Below are positions 38,513 through 50,931 of a DNA stretch of 58,942 nucleotides, in pieces (within the stretch, counting starts at the first letter, position 1; each line of letters begins with the position of its first letter). The notes under the pieces are model-generated. The model ran no database searches. It saw nothing but the letters and a program-made list of their open reading frames with translations, and was not told the DNA's origin. Source of the stretch: Octopus bimaculoides. Lineage: Eukaryota. The position numbers and the translations under genes are program-made. Location of the stretch: contig NC_068982.1 in NCBI RefSeq assembly GCF_001194135.2, positions 24,946,158 through 25,005,099 of the forward strand, read 5' to 3'.

Positions 38513-41349
38513 GTTATGTATTTGACACACATAGAAGGCAAAATGACACGATATATATTATCTTCCGCGAAATTTGATAAAGATGTGCTCTCGCTTCTAA
38601 ATTTGTCAGATTGATCAAAGCGTTTGAAATTTTTTACAATATTTAGACTGTAAACTATTCATTTCTTTAGTAAATTTTATTAGTATTCAGCATTTATTGT
38701 TTCTAAATTATGTTTTTAATATAAAATGAAGAGAATATCAGGGCACATTGCAAATACATTCTATCTTAAGAAATACAGTATTTCGCACATTTGTGTTTTA
38801 TTGAGATATGTAATAACATGCTAACAAAGTACATTAGAGAAATCCAAAGTATTATTTAAAAGATTCAATAGAATCATGAGTAAAAAGTTAAGACCATTCA
38901 TGATAAAGCCATCAAGTCATCAAGTTGTTTAGACTGTTTCATATTATAGATAAGGGCGTTTTACACATAATTAATTCTCTTAATGCGCATATATTTTGCT
39001 TACTATACATGTTAGAATACTGCGCGCACATGCCTATTCAAAGATAAATAAATTGTAACGATTCTCTTATTTGAAATATGTTACTTACATCGAAATTTTA
39101 ATACATAATACGCAAACAAGATAAGATGCCATACACACACATACACACGCGCACACACAACACTCACTCATTCACACACTGACACACATACACACGCACA
39201 CACACACAGAGAAAGAAACAGCGAGAGAGAGAAACTGGATAACGTTAATGTTTCTGAAATGTCACAATCTCACGCATTCGTGTTACTAACTCTGATGGGA
39301 AACATCAAAATAGATATACATTTTCAAAAACAGGTAACAGCGGATGAAAATATAATGTCAGATAAACTCAAATATATCAATGGAAATAAAGACAGAATAA
39401 TGTTATGAAACTTCCAACAAGATTCTTTGAATAAGGAACACATGTCAAAATATATTTTACTATTTCCTATGCCAAGGACAGCAAAACTCCAAACTCTATT
39501 TGCAGAATATTGTCACAGCTATATTCTCAAAATTATATACATGGCATCATTATTATTCTGTTTATTGATAATTTTTTCACAAATGATCTTTTGTTTTATT
39601 TTTTTAATTTGTCATTCTCATCAATTTATTTGACACTCGAAATAATATCGCATTTCAAAGGTAGATCATTTCTTAATAAAGAATCATGACAGAGGGCAGA
39701 TTATCAACATACAGCTAATTATAATATTTGATGTAAAATAGAATACAGGAGAGTTCGGACAAAATGTTAAACAGTATATTGTATAATCTTTCCAACGTCA
39801 AACATCCGTGTTATTTTCTTTCATTTCATCACCTGTGATTGAATACAAATAAACAACAACTTACTGGCAGTATACTTTATTTACCATAGCTATCCTCAGA
39901 ATTCTTAACGCTATGTGCAAGACATTTTACTGATAAGTAAAAGGTTTATAAGTAGCTCTTACATAGACACATCTTTCATTGCTATCTCTGAATGAATGAA
40001 TATTTTACTAGTTGACCTCATGACATAAATGCTTGAGAGAAGGATTCCTTTCTACTTAACAAACACTATAAAGCCATTTCCAGTTTAGTAAGTATCGTAT
40101 TTACTATAATCATCAAACAAAATCAATAATTTGAGATAATTATTCATCGCCTCTATTCGTATACATATAGATCCATAATAGAAAAATTCATACAATTTAT
40201 AGAATTCTAATAATGCAATAACACAAAAGTTTCTTTGTAGACAGATTTGGAGACGTTAGTATCGATCTTCAGACTATAACAATGCTTATTTTATAGAAAT
40301 ACCATGCAGTTTAATTAGCTCGTATAGAAGAACGAACAGCCTTAATTTATTGTCTCAAATAAAATAATATTCTGTACAATCAAGGAAGTATTATTGTGTT
40401 ATGCTACAGCTTTGGGTGTTTTCCACTCACTCGGTTTTCCGAAGACAAGGAAAGAAACTATTGTTACTACTATATTTTAATTACACAAATTTTCCTATCC
40501 AGAGGTATGGTGATAAATAAAATGCGAATTAAACTAATCACGACACAATATTTCGCAATACGCCGACAGCAATCTGGTAGGCTGATAAGAATATGAAGTT
40601 AGATCAGTATTTGGTGAAAATATACAATAGACTACTTCAACTGAAAATGAACAACGACAAGTGTTGTTTAAAGGGTATGAGACGGAGATTTGTTTACCTA
40701 GACAGTCAATAGTTATTGGAGCGACATATCCAATAATACTTCAATACTACATGCAATTATTTGCGTGCATGCACTGCGTACAGGCTTGCATACATACGAA
40801 CATAATTTCATGTATACACACATGAATATGTATACATGTGTGTGTCTATGTGTGTGTGTGTGTTTTTGCGCGTGTGTGAAATTGTGTGTAGTTGTATGAG
40901 CGTGTAAGGTATATGATAAATGAGATATTGCTTGGACACCCAATTTTACAAGTACTGTTCAAAAGGTATACCATTTTCATGAGTCCTACTAAGCTTGAAT
41001 TTACGTCATAAGATCAAGCATACATGTGAAGCATGAACATTCGCATTTACAAGATTCGAAACAAGGAATGTCTGTCGCTCCAGGGTCACAAACGCTCCCT
41101 CAAAATTTATATCTTTTGTGCTTGCTGTAAACTTTTTAAATATAAGACTTTTAAACAACACTTTTCCTTCCAAAATACTAGACGAATAGATAATTATATG
41201 TACGTCCAATATAATTCATAAAACATAAGTACACACATAGACATACTCAGCCACCAGGGATATGTTCTCAAGATAGTGTAAATGTCGATTTTACTCTAAT
41301 TGGTTTGGCAAAGGAAATGACGTAAGATTGCTTGATACAAATGTGTAAA

Positions 41350-41470
41350 ATTGATTTCAAATTTTGGCACAAGGCCATCAAGTTCGGAGAAGTGTCTTAG
41401 TCGATTATATCGACCCTAGATCATCCCTAAATGGATGAAAGGCAAAGTCCACCTCGGCGGAATTTCAACT
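41350..41470 (-). mobile_element. Partial SINE (abundant family)
   Basis: GGATGAAAGGCAAAGTCCACCTCGGCGGAATTTCAACT is the reverse complement of the family centre. Confidence 0.7.
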
Positions 41471-41870
41471 ATGAAAGTATTTTTGCGGGCGCACTGACGT
41501 TTATGCAAATTCGATGTCTTACAAATGCGTCATATTAAATCGTGGCAATATGAAGAGAGGAAAATTTATTTACACACAGGAGAAACATCAGAAGCAACTT
41601 CTATTAGTAATGACGCTATTCCCTTTATTTAAGTGAAATGCGTGTTCACAGTATTTCTTTCTTTTTAATCGGTGGCAAAAAAAAAAAAAAAAATCATAAA
41701 AACTAAGAATATGTGAGAACCCAAAATATTTAAATATTTTGGTTGTTGATTATCAGTACAGTTTTTCCAAATATATACCTAAAGAAATACTGAATTGTTA
41801 AATTTAAATCTATTTGTAATTTTGGGGCAAATTATTATATTGTGTATCATACAGTGAAAACATTACCCTA

Positions 41871-41887
41871 ATACATACATACATACA

Positions 41888-41918
<31 letters not shown>

Positions 41919-41948
41919 CATACATACATACATACATACATACATACA
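41871..41948. repeat. (CATA)n microsatellite
   Basis: Direct reading. Confidence 0.95.
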
Positions 41949-42306
41949 TGCAAAAATACCCTGTTGTTGATGCTGAAATTCCAATGAAGGAGCATCGGAT
42001 CTAGGTTAGAAACCGGTTCTTTCTCTATAGTCGAGAAATCTTAAAATAAACTGAATAAGGACATACGTACATATATACATACACACACACATACACAATA
42101 TATGTATGCATGTATGAACGTATGTTTGTATGTCTATATATACGTACTTTTGGCCAGTTAAAATATGTTTGTGACATATCAAATATGTTACAAATATGAA
42201 ATAACCAGCGAAAGGAATATCCCCACATGGAAACTCATACGCATGCACACAAATATATACAGACAGTCAAACATGCACACACATGCACTGCCACGGACGT
42301 ATACGT

Positions 42307-42340
<34 letters not shown>

Positions 42341-43093
42341 TGTATGCAGTTTCAGTACCGTTTTAAATATCTGCCGACGTAAATACATGCATAGATATTC
42401 TATCCGTGCATACGCAGCGCACCACTGATACGCAAAGTCATTATACTTTCTCTATCGTTTCCGTACGCTAAGGATAAATAGAAATTAATTTTCGAAGTTG
42501 CTTGTATGACATTTTTACACGGAGGATCGCAAATCCCTCACGAAGCAGATGTTATCTTTGCACAACAGCCAAGTTGTTTAGCGGAAGGGCAAGAGCTGAT
42601 GCAACAAGTCCAATGCCATCGTAGCAGATAACAGAAATCTAAGGTACTGACAAAGTGAGATGAATTTACTGTCCCTTATTTGCAACCTGTACATATTTAA
42701 AACGAACAGTACCCTGTTGGCAATAGGTTACTTTTGAACGAATGTAAATTCAACTTCTGATGTAATAGGTACTCGGAACCTAAGAATCATGAGAAAGTAT
42801 CGAACGCTTATTTTCGCACCACCCTCAATATTTCAGCTACCAAACCTCTTTCACGAAGCCTACACATGTTTATGGCCCGCACACACACAACAATAGAAGC
42901 AGACAAACATACATACATTCTTACATACATACATGCATACATATTTACAGACATATGTACATACATACATACATGCATACATATTTACATCCATCCATCC
43001 ATCCATCCATCCATACATACATACATACATACATACATACATACATACTCGTACACAGAAAAACCTTCGTAATACAATGGACAGTCGACTTAC

Positions 43094-43256
43094 TATGGAG
43101 TGTAGAAAAATCCTTCCAGATTTTCGGTCAGAGCCTCTCTGCAAGGAAAATTTGATAGTGAAGTTATAACAGACTTTTACATTTTCGATGTAAGAATAAC
43201 TTGTCGCCACTGATAAGAAACACAGTACTAAGGAGATTTCACATGCGGATAGGAAA
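43094..43256 (-). CDS. Candidate host-gene exon (163 nt, or 45 nt using the inner acceptor at 43138)
   Basis: CTGAT branch point, pyrimidine tract and CAG acceptor, GTAAGT donor. Only one frame is open: FLSACEISLVLCFLSVATSYSYIENVKVCYNFTIKFSLQRGSDRKSGRIFLHSI. No repeat similarity recognised. Confidence 0.35.
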
Positions 43257-43408
43257 CTGTAGAAGATAGAATCAGACAAATTGAGAAGTAGTTCATTGAG
43301 TCGTATTTTTTTTCTCTCTCATTTGCTGTTGGAATACATCCTCGTGTACTAGTTGGTGTTTGTTGACCATTTAGACAGTGAAATTGCCACGTTGTAATCA
43401 GATCGAGT

Positions 43409-43787
43409 GGAGGCGCAATGACCCAGTGGTTAGGGCAGCGGACTCGCGGTCATAGGATCGTGGTTTCAATTCCCAGACTGGGCGTTGTGAGTGTTTATTG
43501 AGCAAAAAAACCTAAAGCTCCACGGCGCTCCGGCAGGGGATGGTGGTGAACCCTGCTGTACTCTTTCACCACAACTTTCTCTCACTCTTACTTCCTGTTT
43601 CTGTTGTGCCTGTAATTCAAAGGGTTAGCCTTGTCACACTGTGTCACGCTGAATATCCCTGAGAACTACGTTAAGGGTACACGTGTCTGTGGAGTGCTCA
43701 TCCACTTGCACGTTAATTTCACGAGCAGGCTGTTCCGCTGATCGGACCAACTGGAACCCTCGACGTCGTAAGCGACGGAGTGCCAAC
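43409..43787 (+). mobile_element. Full-length tRNA-derived SINE with perfect 13-bp target-site duplication
   Basis: tRNA head GGAGGCGCAATGACCCAGTGGTTAGG..GGTTTCAATTCC. AATCAGATCGAGT occurs at 43396-43408 and 43788-43800. Confidence 0.9.
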
Positions 43788-43949
43788 AATCAGATCGAGT
43801 ACTATCCCGTAAAAAAAAGCATCCATTTTTTTTTGTTCTACCTCAGCTCCCAGGTATTACGGGTAGGCATGGTGCAAGTAAATATTACTCTTGGTAATGC
43901 TGTAACTTTTGTGGGCCTCGAAGCGAAATGAATATTACTTCGAGAACCA

Positions 43950-44008
43950 ATAATGATGATGGTGGTGGTGCTAGTGCTGGTGCTGGTGCTGGTGCTGCTG
44001 CTGCTGGC

Positions 44009-44053
<45 letters not shown>

Positions 44054-44055
44054 AG
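43950..44055. repeat. Compound (GAT)/(GGT)/(GCT)/(GAT)n microsatellite
   Basis: Direct reading. Confidence 0.9.
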
Positions 44056-44089
44056 TAAAATAAACAAAAGCAACGATGTTAAGTATTGC

Positions 44090-44255
44090 TAATTTATGCA
44101 CAAAACCTACAAATGCGAAAGGAGTTACTTAGTCGATAACATCAAGATTTGTATTACTTTATCTACCCCGCAGGGATGAAATGCAAAGTCGAAGTTTGTG
44201 GGGGTTTTAGTTCAGAATGTAAACATAGACGGAACATATACATACCGCAAGGCAT
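44090..44255 (-). mobile_element. Decayed SINE (abundant family)
   Basis: TATCTACCCCGCAGGGATGAAATGCAAAGTCGA..TAGTTCAGAATGTA is the reverse of the family centre. Confidence 0.55.
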
Positions 44256-44559
44256 TTATTCTGACATTCAAACAATTCTGCCAGTTCACAGCATCAAAAT
44301 ACAGGTGAATATAAGAAGTGAATTACAATGTAGACGAAAATATAAACTAGAAAATAGTTAGAATTGGAAAAAAATATAATAAAATAAAATTCGAAATAAG
44401 AAACATAGTAACATATAAAGGAGAGAAACATAAACAAGAACACTCTCTCGTCCTGATGGGTAAATAATTACAATGATGATCCTGGTGATTATTTAAAAAA
44501 AATCAATACAATTTAGATTATCTTTTTGCAGCTAGTTTAAGAATAACTGGAATATTTAC

Positions 44560-44791
44560 TCTGTTGTGTCTGGGGAGTCATTTTCTTTTTGCGTCTCATA
44601 ATTTAACACGCTCACCGGTAAAATTTCCACTTATTCCTTATTTTTATTTTCATAAAATTTTTATTGCATCTTGCAACCTTTTCAATAGTCTTGACTATTG
44701 AAAAGTTTGCAAGAGGCAACGAGAATTTTACCGGTGAGTGTGTTAAATTATAAGGCACAATAAGAAAATGGCTCTCCCCAGACACAACAGA
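44560..44791. mobile_element. Foldback MITE-like element (long nested inverted repeats)
   Basis: Outer arms 44560-44625 and 44724-44791 are reverse complements with a few mismatches. Inner arms 44664-44690 and 44693-44719 pair at 25 of 27 positions around a TT loop. Confidence 0.8.
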
Positions 44792-45479
44792 ATACGCTTC
44801 GACATACGAAATCACATGAAGAATCTTGCAAACCAAATCCCAAAACGGAATATTTACTGATGTCCAGATTCAATATTTACAGCAGCGTCAAATTCATTAC
44901 AAATGTTTTTGCCGAATGAGATGCATAGTTTCGCCTAAGGATCTGTTCTGCCTGTAATAAGAATAAGCGTATGTGTAATCATACTATTAATAATACTGAT
45001 AATGTCTTTGTGTACTCTAATGATTTTTTAGAGCAGAAAAATTGCAGTTTTCTGTGGGGTTTTATTTTTAACGCGATTTAACACTTTTGAAATTTCGTTG
45101 TTGTTCATAACTGACAAGAACTTTTATTAGAAATCGCGATTTGAAAACAGTTTTGTCAATTAAAAACTGAAAATGACTGTCAACTTCACGTTTAATATAT
45201 TACTTGAGTGGGAAAATGTTAACTGGAAACTCATAAAAACATCAATTCCCCGAAACTGAATTTCTTCATTTTCGCTTCATTGAAATTGTGTTAAGAATGA
45301 CAGTCTCACTAATGTAAATTCCTGGTGGATAAATCTAGAAAGACACTTATCGGAATGGCTACTAGAATTTTCTTTCAAAAATATATTATCGAAAAAAGAA
45401 AGTTACCCTCATATTCATTTAGGAACTCATAATTAAAGGTAAGTATACAGACCATTTTTGGCAGACACATTATGCTACC

Positions 45480-46130
45480 CATCAGCTAACGGCTTTCTAC
45501 TAGAGGGTTTCTTTAAGATATTTCTTTCTTGTACACATATTCTTAATAAGTCTAAAATATACCCTACTTCTAAGTGGATTCTACCTAAAATCCACCACCA
45601 GGAGTCATACTGCCATCATCTTCCATTAATCATAATGGTTCTTAGTTAGGCACATTCTGACTTCCTAGAATGCATGTTTAATATCCACTGAATCGTAAAT
45701 GCTCGCACAGCACATAGCTTAGCATACTGCTTTCTTGAATAAGTTCTAACTCTGCAACTCTCCATATAATATAACCCGTACCCACTTTTACACCGGCCAA
45801 CAACCACTGCATATCTTGATGTCTGTTTGTATTTTTCCGTGTACTTCCCAGGAACTCCAAATATTTCTTTTTCCCAGGCAGTTCAAATATTTCTTGTTTC
45901 CATATTCAAGTATTCTATTCCAAAATTATGTGAGCCCACATTCTTCCGTTTTCCAAAACAGATTCTTTCCTTCGACATCTTTATTCTTATATTTTTCACT
46001 GGCATCCCCAGAAGATTTCTATAGTCTTCCATATAATTTACATAAACCCCTACCACATTTTCATCATGATATCGTTCTATCACCAAGAAATAATTCCTAT
46101 TCAAAATAATGCTATATTTACAAAATTGTA
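45480..46130 (-). mobile_element. Possible highly decayed LINE C-terminal region
   Basis: Stop-poor minus-strand pieces such as GTGYIIWRVAELELIQESSMLSY are loosely like L1/Tx1 ORF2 ends. No diagnostic motif. Confidence 0.25.
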
Positions 46131-46293
46131 ACAATTTTCAATTATTTTCAAATGTTTTCAATTACATTGTTGCCTGATTTAAATGATTTAATGCATTTTA
46201 AAATTTTCTATCAGAACCCAGATATTATCAGTTTCCCTCGATTGTCAAAGAAATCTTCATTATAATTCCTTCAACTAACCCTCTACTATCATT

Positions 46294-46303
46294 AATAATA
46301 ATG

Positions 46304-46377
<74 letters not shown>

Positions 46378-46415
46378 TATTATTATTATAGTAATAATAA
46401 TAATAATAATGATAA
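46294..46415. repeat. (AAT)n microsatellite with internal polarity switch
   Basis: Direct reading. Confidence 0.9.
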
Positions 46416-47009
46416 TATTCTAGCCAACATTATGAACCAACAACCCTAGTGTTCTAAATTATTATCCACCGCCTCCAACCAGTGAATTTTAGTATTTAAT
46501 TAGAATTTAGTTTCGCGTATCCATAGGCTCCAATATATTTTTTCCTTATCTTATTTCCTTATCTTAGTTCTTCCGTATTTTCTAATCTCCATACCAATTC
46601 ATTACAAATAATTTTTGCTAATTTACATTTTTATATCCACGATTGTATTATATTTTGCATCTTTATGAATTTTTTGTTATTGATTCATTTCCATTAACAG
46701 CACCACTATTTTGGTCACCATCAGTTTTCAGTTGGTTTAGTTTATTTTTTAACTTTTTAGATATATAATTTTTTTTCTAAATATATTCTTTAATTTCATT
46801 TTTAAATGCTTCGTATTCTATTTCCGTTTTTGTTATGCTTCACAAACGATATATTTATGTGTATCGGCAGAATCATTAGAGTGTCTAAAAATGCCTGATG
46901 GTTTTTAATTACGGGTCATAACTTCTTGTGAGAAATTCCGCCGGTATCAAATCTGTCTCATCATTTTAAAGTTGTCAGTAAAAGGCAAGGTCAAACGCTT
47001 CGTTCGAAG

Positions 47010-47330
47010 TGAAGGCTCGTGGCTTAGTGATTAGTATTCGGCTCACGATCGCTAGGTCATGATTCAATTCCCGGCGACGCGTTGTGTTCTTGAGCAAGAC
47101 ACTCTATTTCACGTTGTTCCAGTCCTTTCAGTCGGCAAAAATGAGTAGTATCTGTATTTCAAAGGGTCGGCCTTGATATAATCTGTGTCATGCTGAATCT
47201 CTTTGAGGACTATGTTAAGGGTACGCGTGTCTGTGGAGTGTTCAGCCACTTGCACGTTAATTTAACGAGCAGGCTGTTCAGTTCACCGGATCGACTGGAA
47301 CCCTCGTCGTCGTAACAGATGGAGTGCCGT
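47010..47330 (+). mobile_element. tRNA-derived SINE (head/centre like the 8522 copy, 3' part like the 43409 copy)
   Basis: TGAAGGCTCGTGGCTTAGTG..GATTCAATTCC head, CTTGAGCAAGACACTCTATTTCACG centre, and TTAAGGGTACGCGTGTCTGTGGAGTG..GGAGTGCC tail. Confidence 0.85.
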
Positions 47331-48261
47331 TATTTTTGCGCTTCACGCTGGTGCATACTAATTTCTTGAGGTTTGGTGAAATTTCAAAAATCTTTATTAG
47401 AATTAGATTTCTTACAGAATACAGGGTGGTACTTTTCTGAAGATCAAAAATGTTATTTTCAGTTCCAATCTCTTTCGATCTTTTAGATAGCATTTTAGAT
47501 GTTCCAAGTGTGTCTATTAGTACAGGAATAATTATTGTCTTGGTCTTCTACATTCGCCTCGGCTCTTTGACCAGATCCTGTTATTTCTCAGTCTTTCCAA
47601 TTTATTTGTTAACGGCTTAGCATATCATAGGTAATTCCAAATCTTTTGATCTTACACTGTTTATTTTGTCCTCTATGGGACCCGGTATTCTTGCTTCAAT
47701 AGTATAGTCAGTCTTTATCCGGAAATCGCATAACATCTTGTAATTCGCATTTTAAATCATAGCATTTGGACCCTGTTGTTACCACGTTTCTGTTGTTTTG
47801 AAGCTACACGTCTGGCTAACATCCCAATACATTCTTTTGCCTAGAGTCATGTCTGCATTTATGCTCCTTTTGTGGCACTATTGTGCACTCACTGAAAATG
47901 TTATTGATGCTTTCGTCTCTCCTTTCCTGCAGATTCTATATTTGCAATCTGACTAAGTTTTATCGATCTTTGCCTTTTTCAGATTTATTCTAAGTTTTTT
48001 TTTGTATCTGAGCGGCTATAATTTACGTTTCTGTTTCTCGTTTCAAGTGCTTGCCAGTCAAACAAAGACAGCGAGCTTCACACCCAATCTTCTTGGTGTG
48101 TGTTGCATGAATTGACCATGCACTTCCATTTGTTTCGATTTGCTTATGCTGTTGTCTTTCCTTTTCTCTTTGAAATTCTACTACTGTTCCAGTCACTTTC
48201 GGGTATCTATGGCTGCCGATAATATTCTTTCTCTCAACTCTTTACAGCATAATTTTTCAGT

Positions 48262-48353
48262 ATTTACATTATTTACATTAGACGGATATTTGTCCTCATC
48301 TTGTTTGTTGTTAACACAGCGTTTCGGCTGATATACCTTCCAACCTTCTTCAG
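48262..48353 (-). repeat. Left arm of 92-bp inverted repeat containing a hammerhead-like core
   Basis: The reverse complement reads CTGAAGA-A-GGTTGG-AAGGTATA-TCAGCC-GAAACGCTGTGTT... and is identical to the right arm at 82 of 92 positions, ungapped. Confidence 0.85.
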
Positions 48354-48354
48354 T

Positions 48355-48433
48355 CCACGGGCATATGGCGTAGTGGTTAAGAGCGTGGGCTTCTAACCCC
48401 AAGATTCCGTGTTCGATTCCAAGCAGTGACCTG
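48355..48433 (+). mobile_element. tRNA-derived SINE head (Pol III A and B boxes) followed by (AAC)n(AAT)n
   Basis: TGGCGTAGTGG A-box at 48366-48376 and GTTCGATTCC B-box at 48411-48420. Confidence 0.85.
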
Positions 48434-48475
48434 AACAACAACAACAACAACAACAACAGCAACAACAACAACAAC

Positions 48476-48509
<34 letters not shown>

Positions 48510-48514
48510 TGATG

Positions 48515-48615
48515 ATGATGAAGACTGGAGGGTATATCAGCTGAAATGTTGCGTTAACAACAAACAAGACGAGGACAAATATCCGTCTAATGTAAATAAT
48601 GTAAATGATGTAAAT
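48515..48615 (+). ncRNA. Degenerate Penelope-type minimal hammerhead motif plus 3' tail with 9-bp AATGTAAAT repeats
   Basis: ATGATGA-A-GACTGG-AGGGTATA-TCAGCT-GAAATGTT. The consensus of both arms gives CTGATGA / 6-bp helix II / GAAACGTT with palindromic AACGTT. Confidence 0.55.
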
Positions 48616-48789
48616 AATTCCTCATCTCTTAAATATAAAACTGTATAACTTTTCAGACTCAGTATCGCATTATCAACAGTTTCTCCTGCGTTTCGAAATC
48701 CTCTGCTACCTTTATTTCTTCGAAGGTAGAATTGGTTGGTATTGCTTTTTACTATGTGCTTTGTGAGCAGTGTTATTCTTCTGCCCACA

Positions 48790-50836
48790 GGTGAGGCCTT
48801 TCACCAGTATTTGCTCAGTTGTTCGGAGAGCGTGGTGGGACGGAGATGGTGGCGGACTTCATTTCCCACCTCGATGGATTGCTGCGTCTCTTGGGGGCCG
48901 ACGCCGAGCGCTATGAAAGGCAAATAAATTCAGCCGAAATTCAGGATGTCCTTGTCGGTTGCAGGAGGGACAACTCACCAGGTGTAGATGGTCTGCCCTA
49001 TGAACTTTACGTAAATATGCCAGACTTGTTCTCTAAACTCCTCGACGCGTTCTACAGCAACTGACAGCAGAACGGGAGTATTCCCAGTTCTGTGAGCTGG
49101 TGCGTATTGACGCTGATAAGGAAAGACAAAAACGAGAGGGATCACAGAATCTAAGATGTTGGCCAATGTATTAGCAAAGAGGTTACTGCTTGTCCTCGAG
49201 GACTTCGTCTGGGAGAAGAAAACCTGCGCAATCCAGACTAGGTCCATACATGACATCTTCCACTTCGTGCGATACAACATAGAAAGGGTAGGGTGTAAAA
49301 CTGGCTTCGGTGGGGTGCTGATCAATTTAGATCAATAAAAAGCATTCGATAAAGTCGACCACCAATATCTGGAGTCTGTCCTCAAAGCAGCTGGCTTCGG
49401 CCCCGTTTTCAGAGGTTGTATAACTGAAATGCACAGCGGCTTCTTCTTGGTGGTCAAAATTAATGGCCACCTCTCGGGACCGTTTCAGATCTCCCGATCG
49501 GTCCGTCAAAGATGCCCTTTCTCCTCCCTTCTGTACGTATTGACTCTTGAGCCTTTTCTGCGGACGCTGGAGATGCTGCAGGGCATCCCACTCGAACTGG
49601 TACGCAAGAGAGCTGTATTGACATATGCAGACGTCTTCTCCGTGATGGTGTCGGACACTTCAGAAATCGAGATGGTCGGCACATCATTGGAGGAATATGA
49701 AAAGTTGATGGGGGCAAAACGTAACCCGGAAAAGTCGGTGGTATTGCAACTCGGCATCTGGAGAGAAAAGTTCATGTTTTCCGACAGCATCATTGGGCAC
49801 TGTAGGGACGGACCGGTAAAGTTGCTAGGGGTTTGGTTCGAACCAGACCTCCAGGTGGATAAGAACTGGGACGACGTGACGTGCAGGGTAGCCAGTCTCA
49901 CCCAGAAATTGACTGCGAGGAAACTATCACTGAAAGGTCGAGAGGAGGTGGAGAATGCGTACATCGCGTCCGTCATCTACTACCGCTTGAGTTCCATAGA
50001 GGGTTAGTGGAAGGAAAGAGCGATGACGCCTTGGACAGAAGCTAGGCGTTGATGATATCGAACTAACCAGTCTGTTCAAGGTAACTTTCGAGCCGGGGAC
50101 GATGAATAACTTACAGAAATCCCTTGCTTGGCATTGCTACCGGGGGGGGGGGTATTGTCGCTTCGAGATAAACTCTACAGGCACAGACGTGCTGTCAGAT
50201 GGACCTGCCGTAGATGCGCCCAGAACGAGGAAACCGTCCAGCACGCACTCGTCCAGTTCCCTTGCACAACTGACGTGTGGAGTTATGTTGAACAGCTGCT
50301 ATCACGTGCAGGACGGATCCGACTATCGGCCGAGTCCATAGTGAAGATCGATCCGCCGCTTTTCATCGGTCAGGAAGGTCAGGCAATTCTCCTCTGTCAG
50401 ATAGCAGTAGTGAAAGTGGTTGTATGCTGGACCAGGTTGAAAGGACTGAAGACAGGCACTTTTCTCTTCGGCCCATCACTCATCAACTTTTTCAAATTTC
50501 ATTTGGAAAGGAAAATGAGGGTGGAGAGACAAGTGCTGCCTCCCAGTGCATTTGCTAAATGTTGGGTGAATGTAGCGAAAATGGCACGTGTGACTATTAA
50601 TACTCTAATAATGCGCCAGTAGGCTAGTGAATTTGAGAGGAAAAAGGGTATTCTTCCCAAATGCCCTCGAAGCGTTGAGTGGTTACCTCCCCCTTATTGG
50701 GGAACTTTCATTGTTATATTCTTTTGTTGCATATCATAGTTATTCTTTCGTATACTGGTTGTTTCTGTGTAAAATCCCCACAGTACATGTCTACCGTATT
50801 TTCCCCTATAATTCGGCCCTAGTGGCTAATAAATGA
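48790..50836 (+). mobile_element. 5'-truncated L1/Tx1-like LINE: RT, zinc knuckle and 3' UTR
   Basis: SPGVDGLPYE, KAFDKVDH, SRSVRQRCPFSSLLY, TYADV (YADD degenerate, 49624), KLLGV and CRRCAQNEETVQH motifs. AATAAA at 50828 precedes an (AAT)n tail. Confidence 0.92.
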
Positions 50837-50861
50837 AATAATAATAATAATAATAATAATA

Positions 50862-50931
<70 letters not shown>

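Larger units (their letters stand above)
47331..48790 (-). mobile_element. R4/Dong-like LINE 3' part (post-RT, zinc knuckle, RLE), interrupted by the 48262-48615 insertion
   Basis: Minus-strand TLLTKH..FYLRRNKGSRG (above the insertion). Below it: MEVHGQF, HLKRETE, IIAAQ, KAKIDK, CKYRICRKGET, YWD, DFRIKTD, IIIPVLIDTLGT and DLQKSTTL. Confidence 0.85.

Noticed and set aside
41499-41506. Octamer ATGCAAAT as a promoter element
   Set aside because: Expected by chance in AT-rich DNA, and no snRNA or gene start lies nearby.
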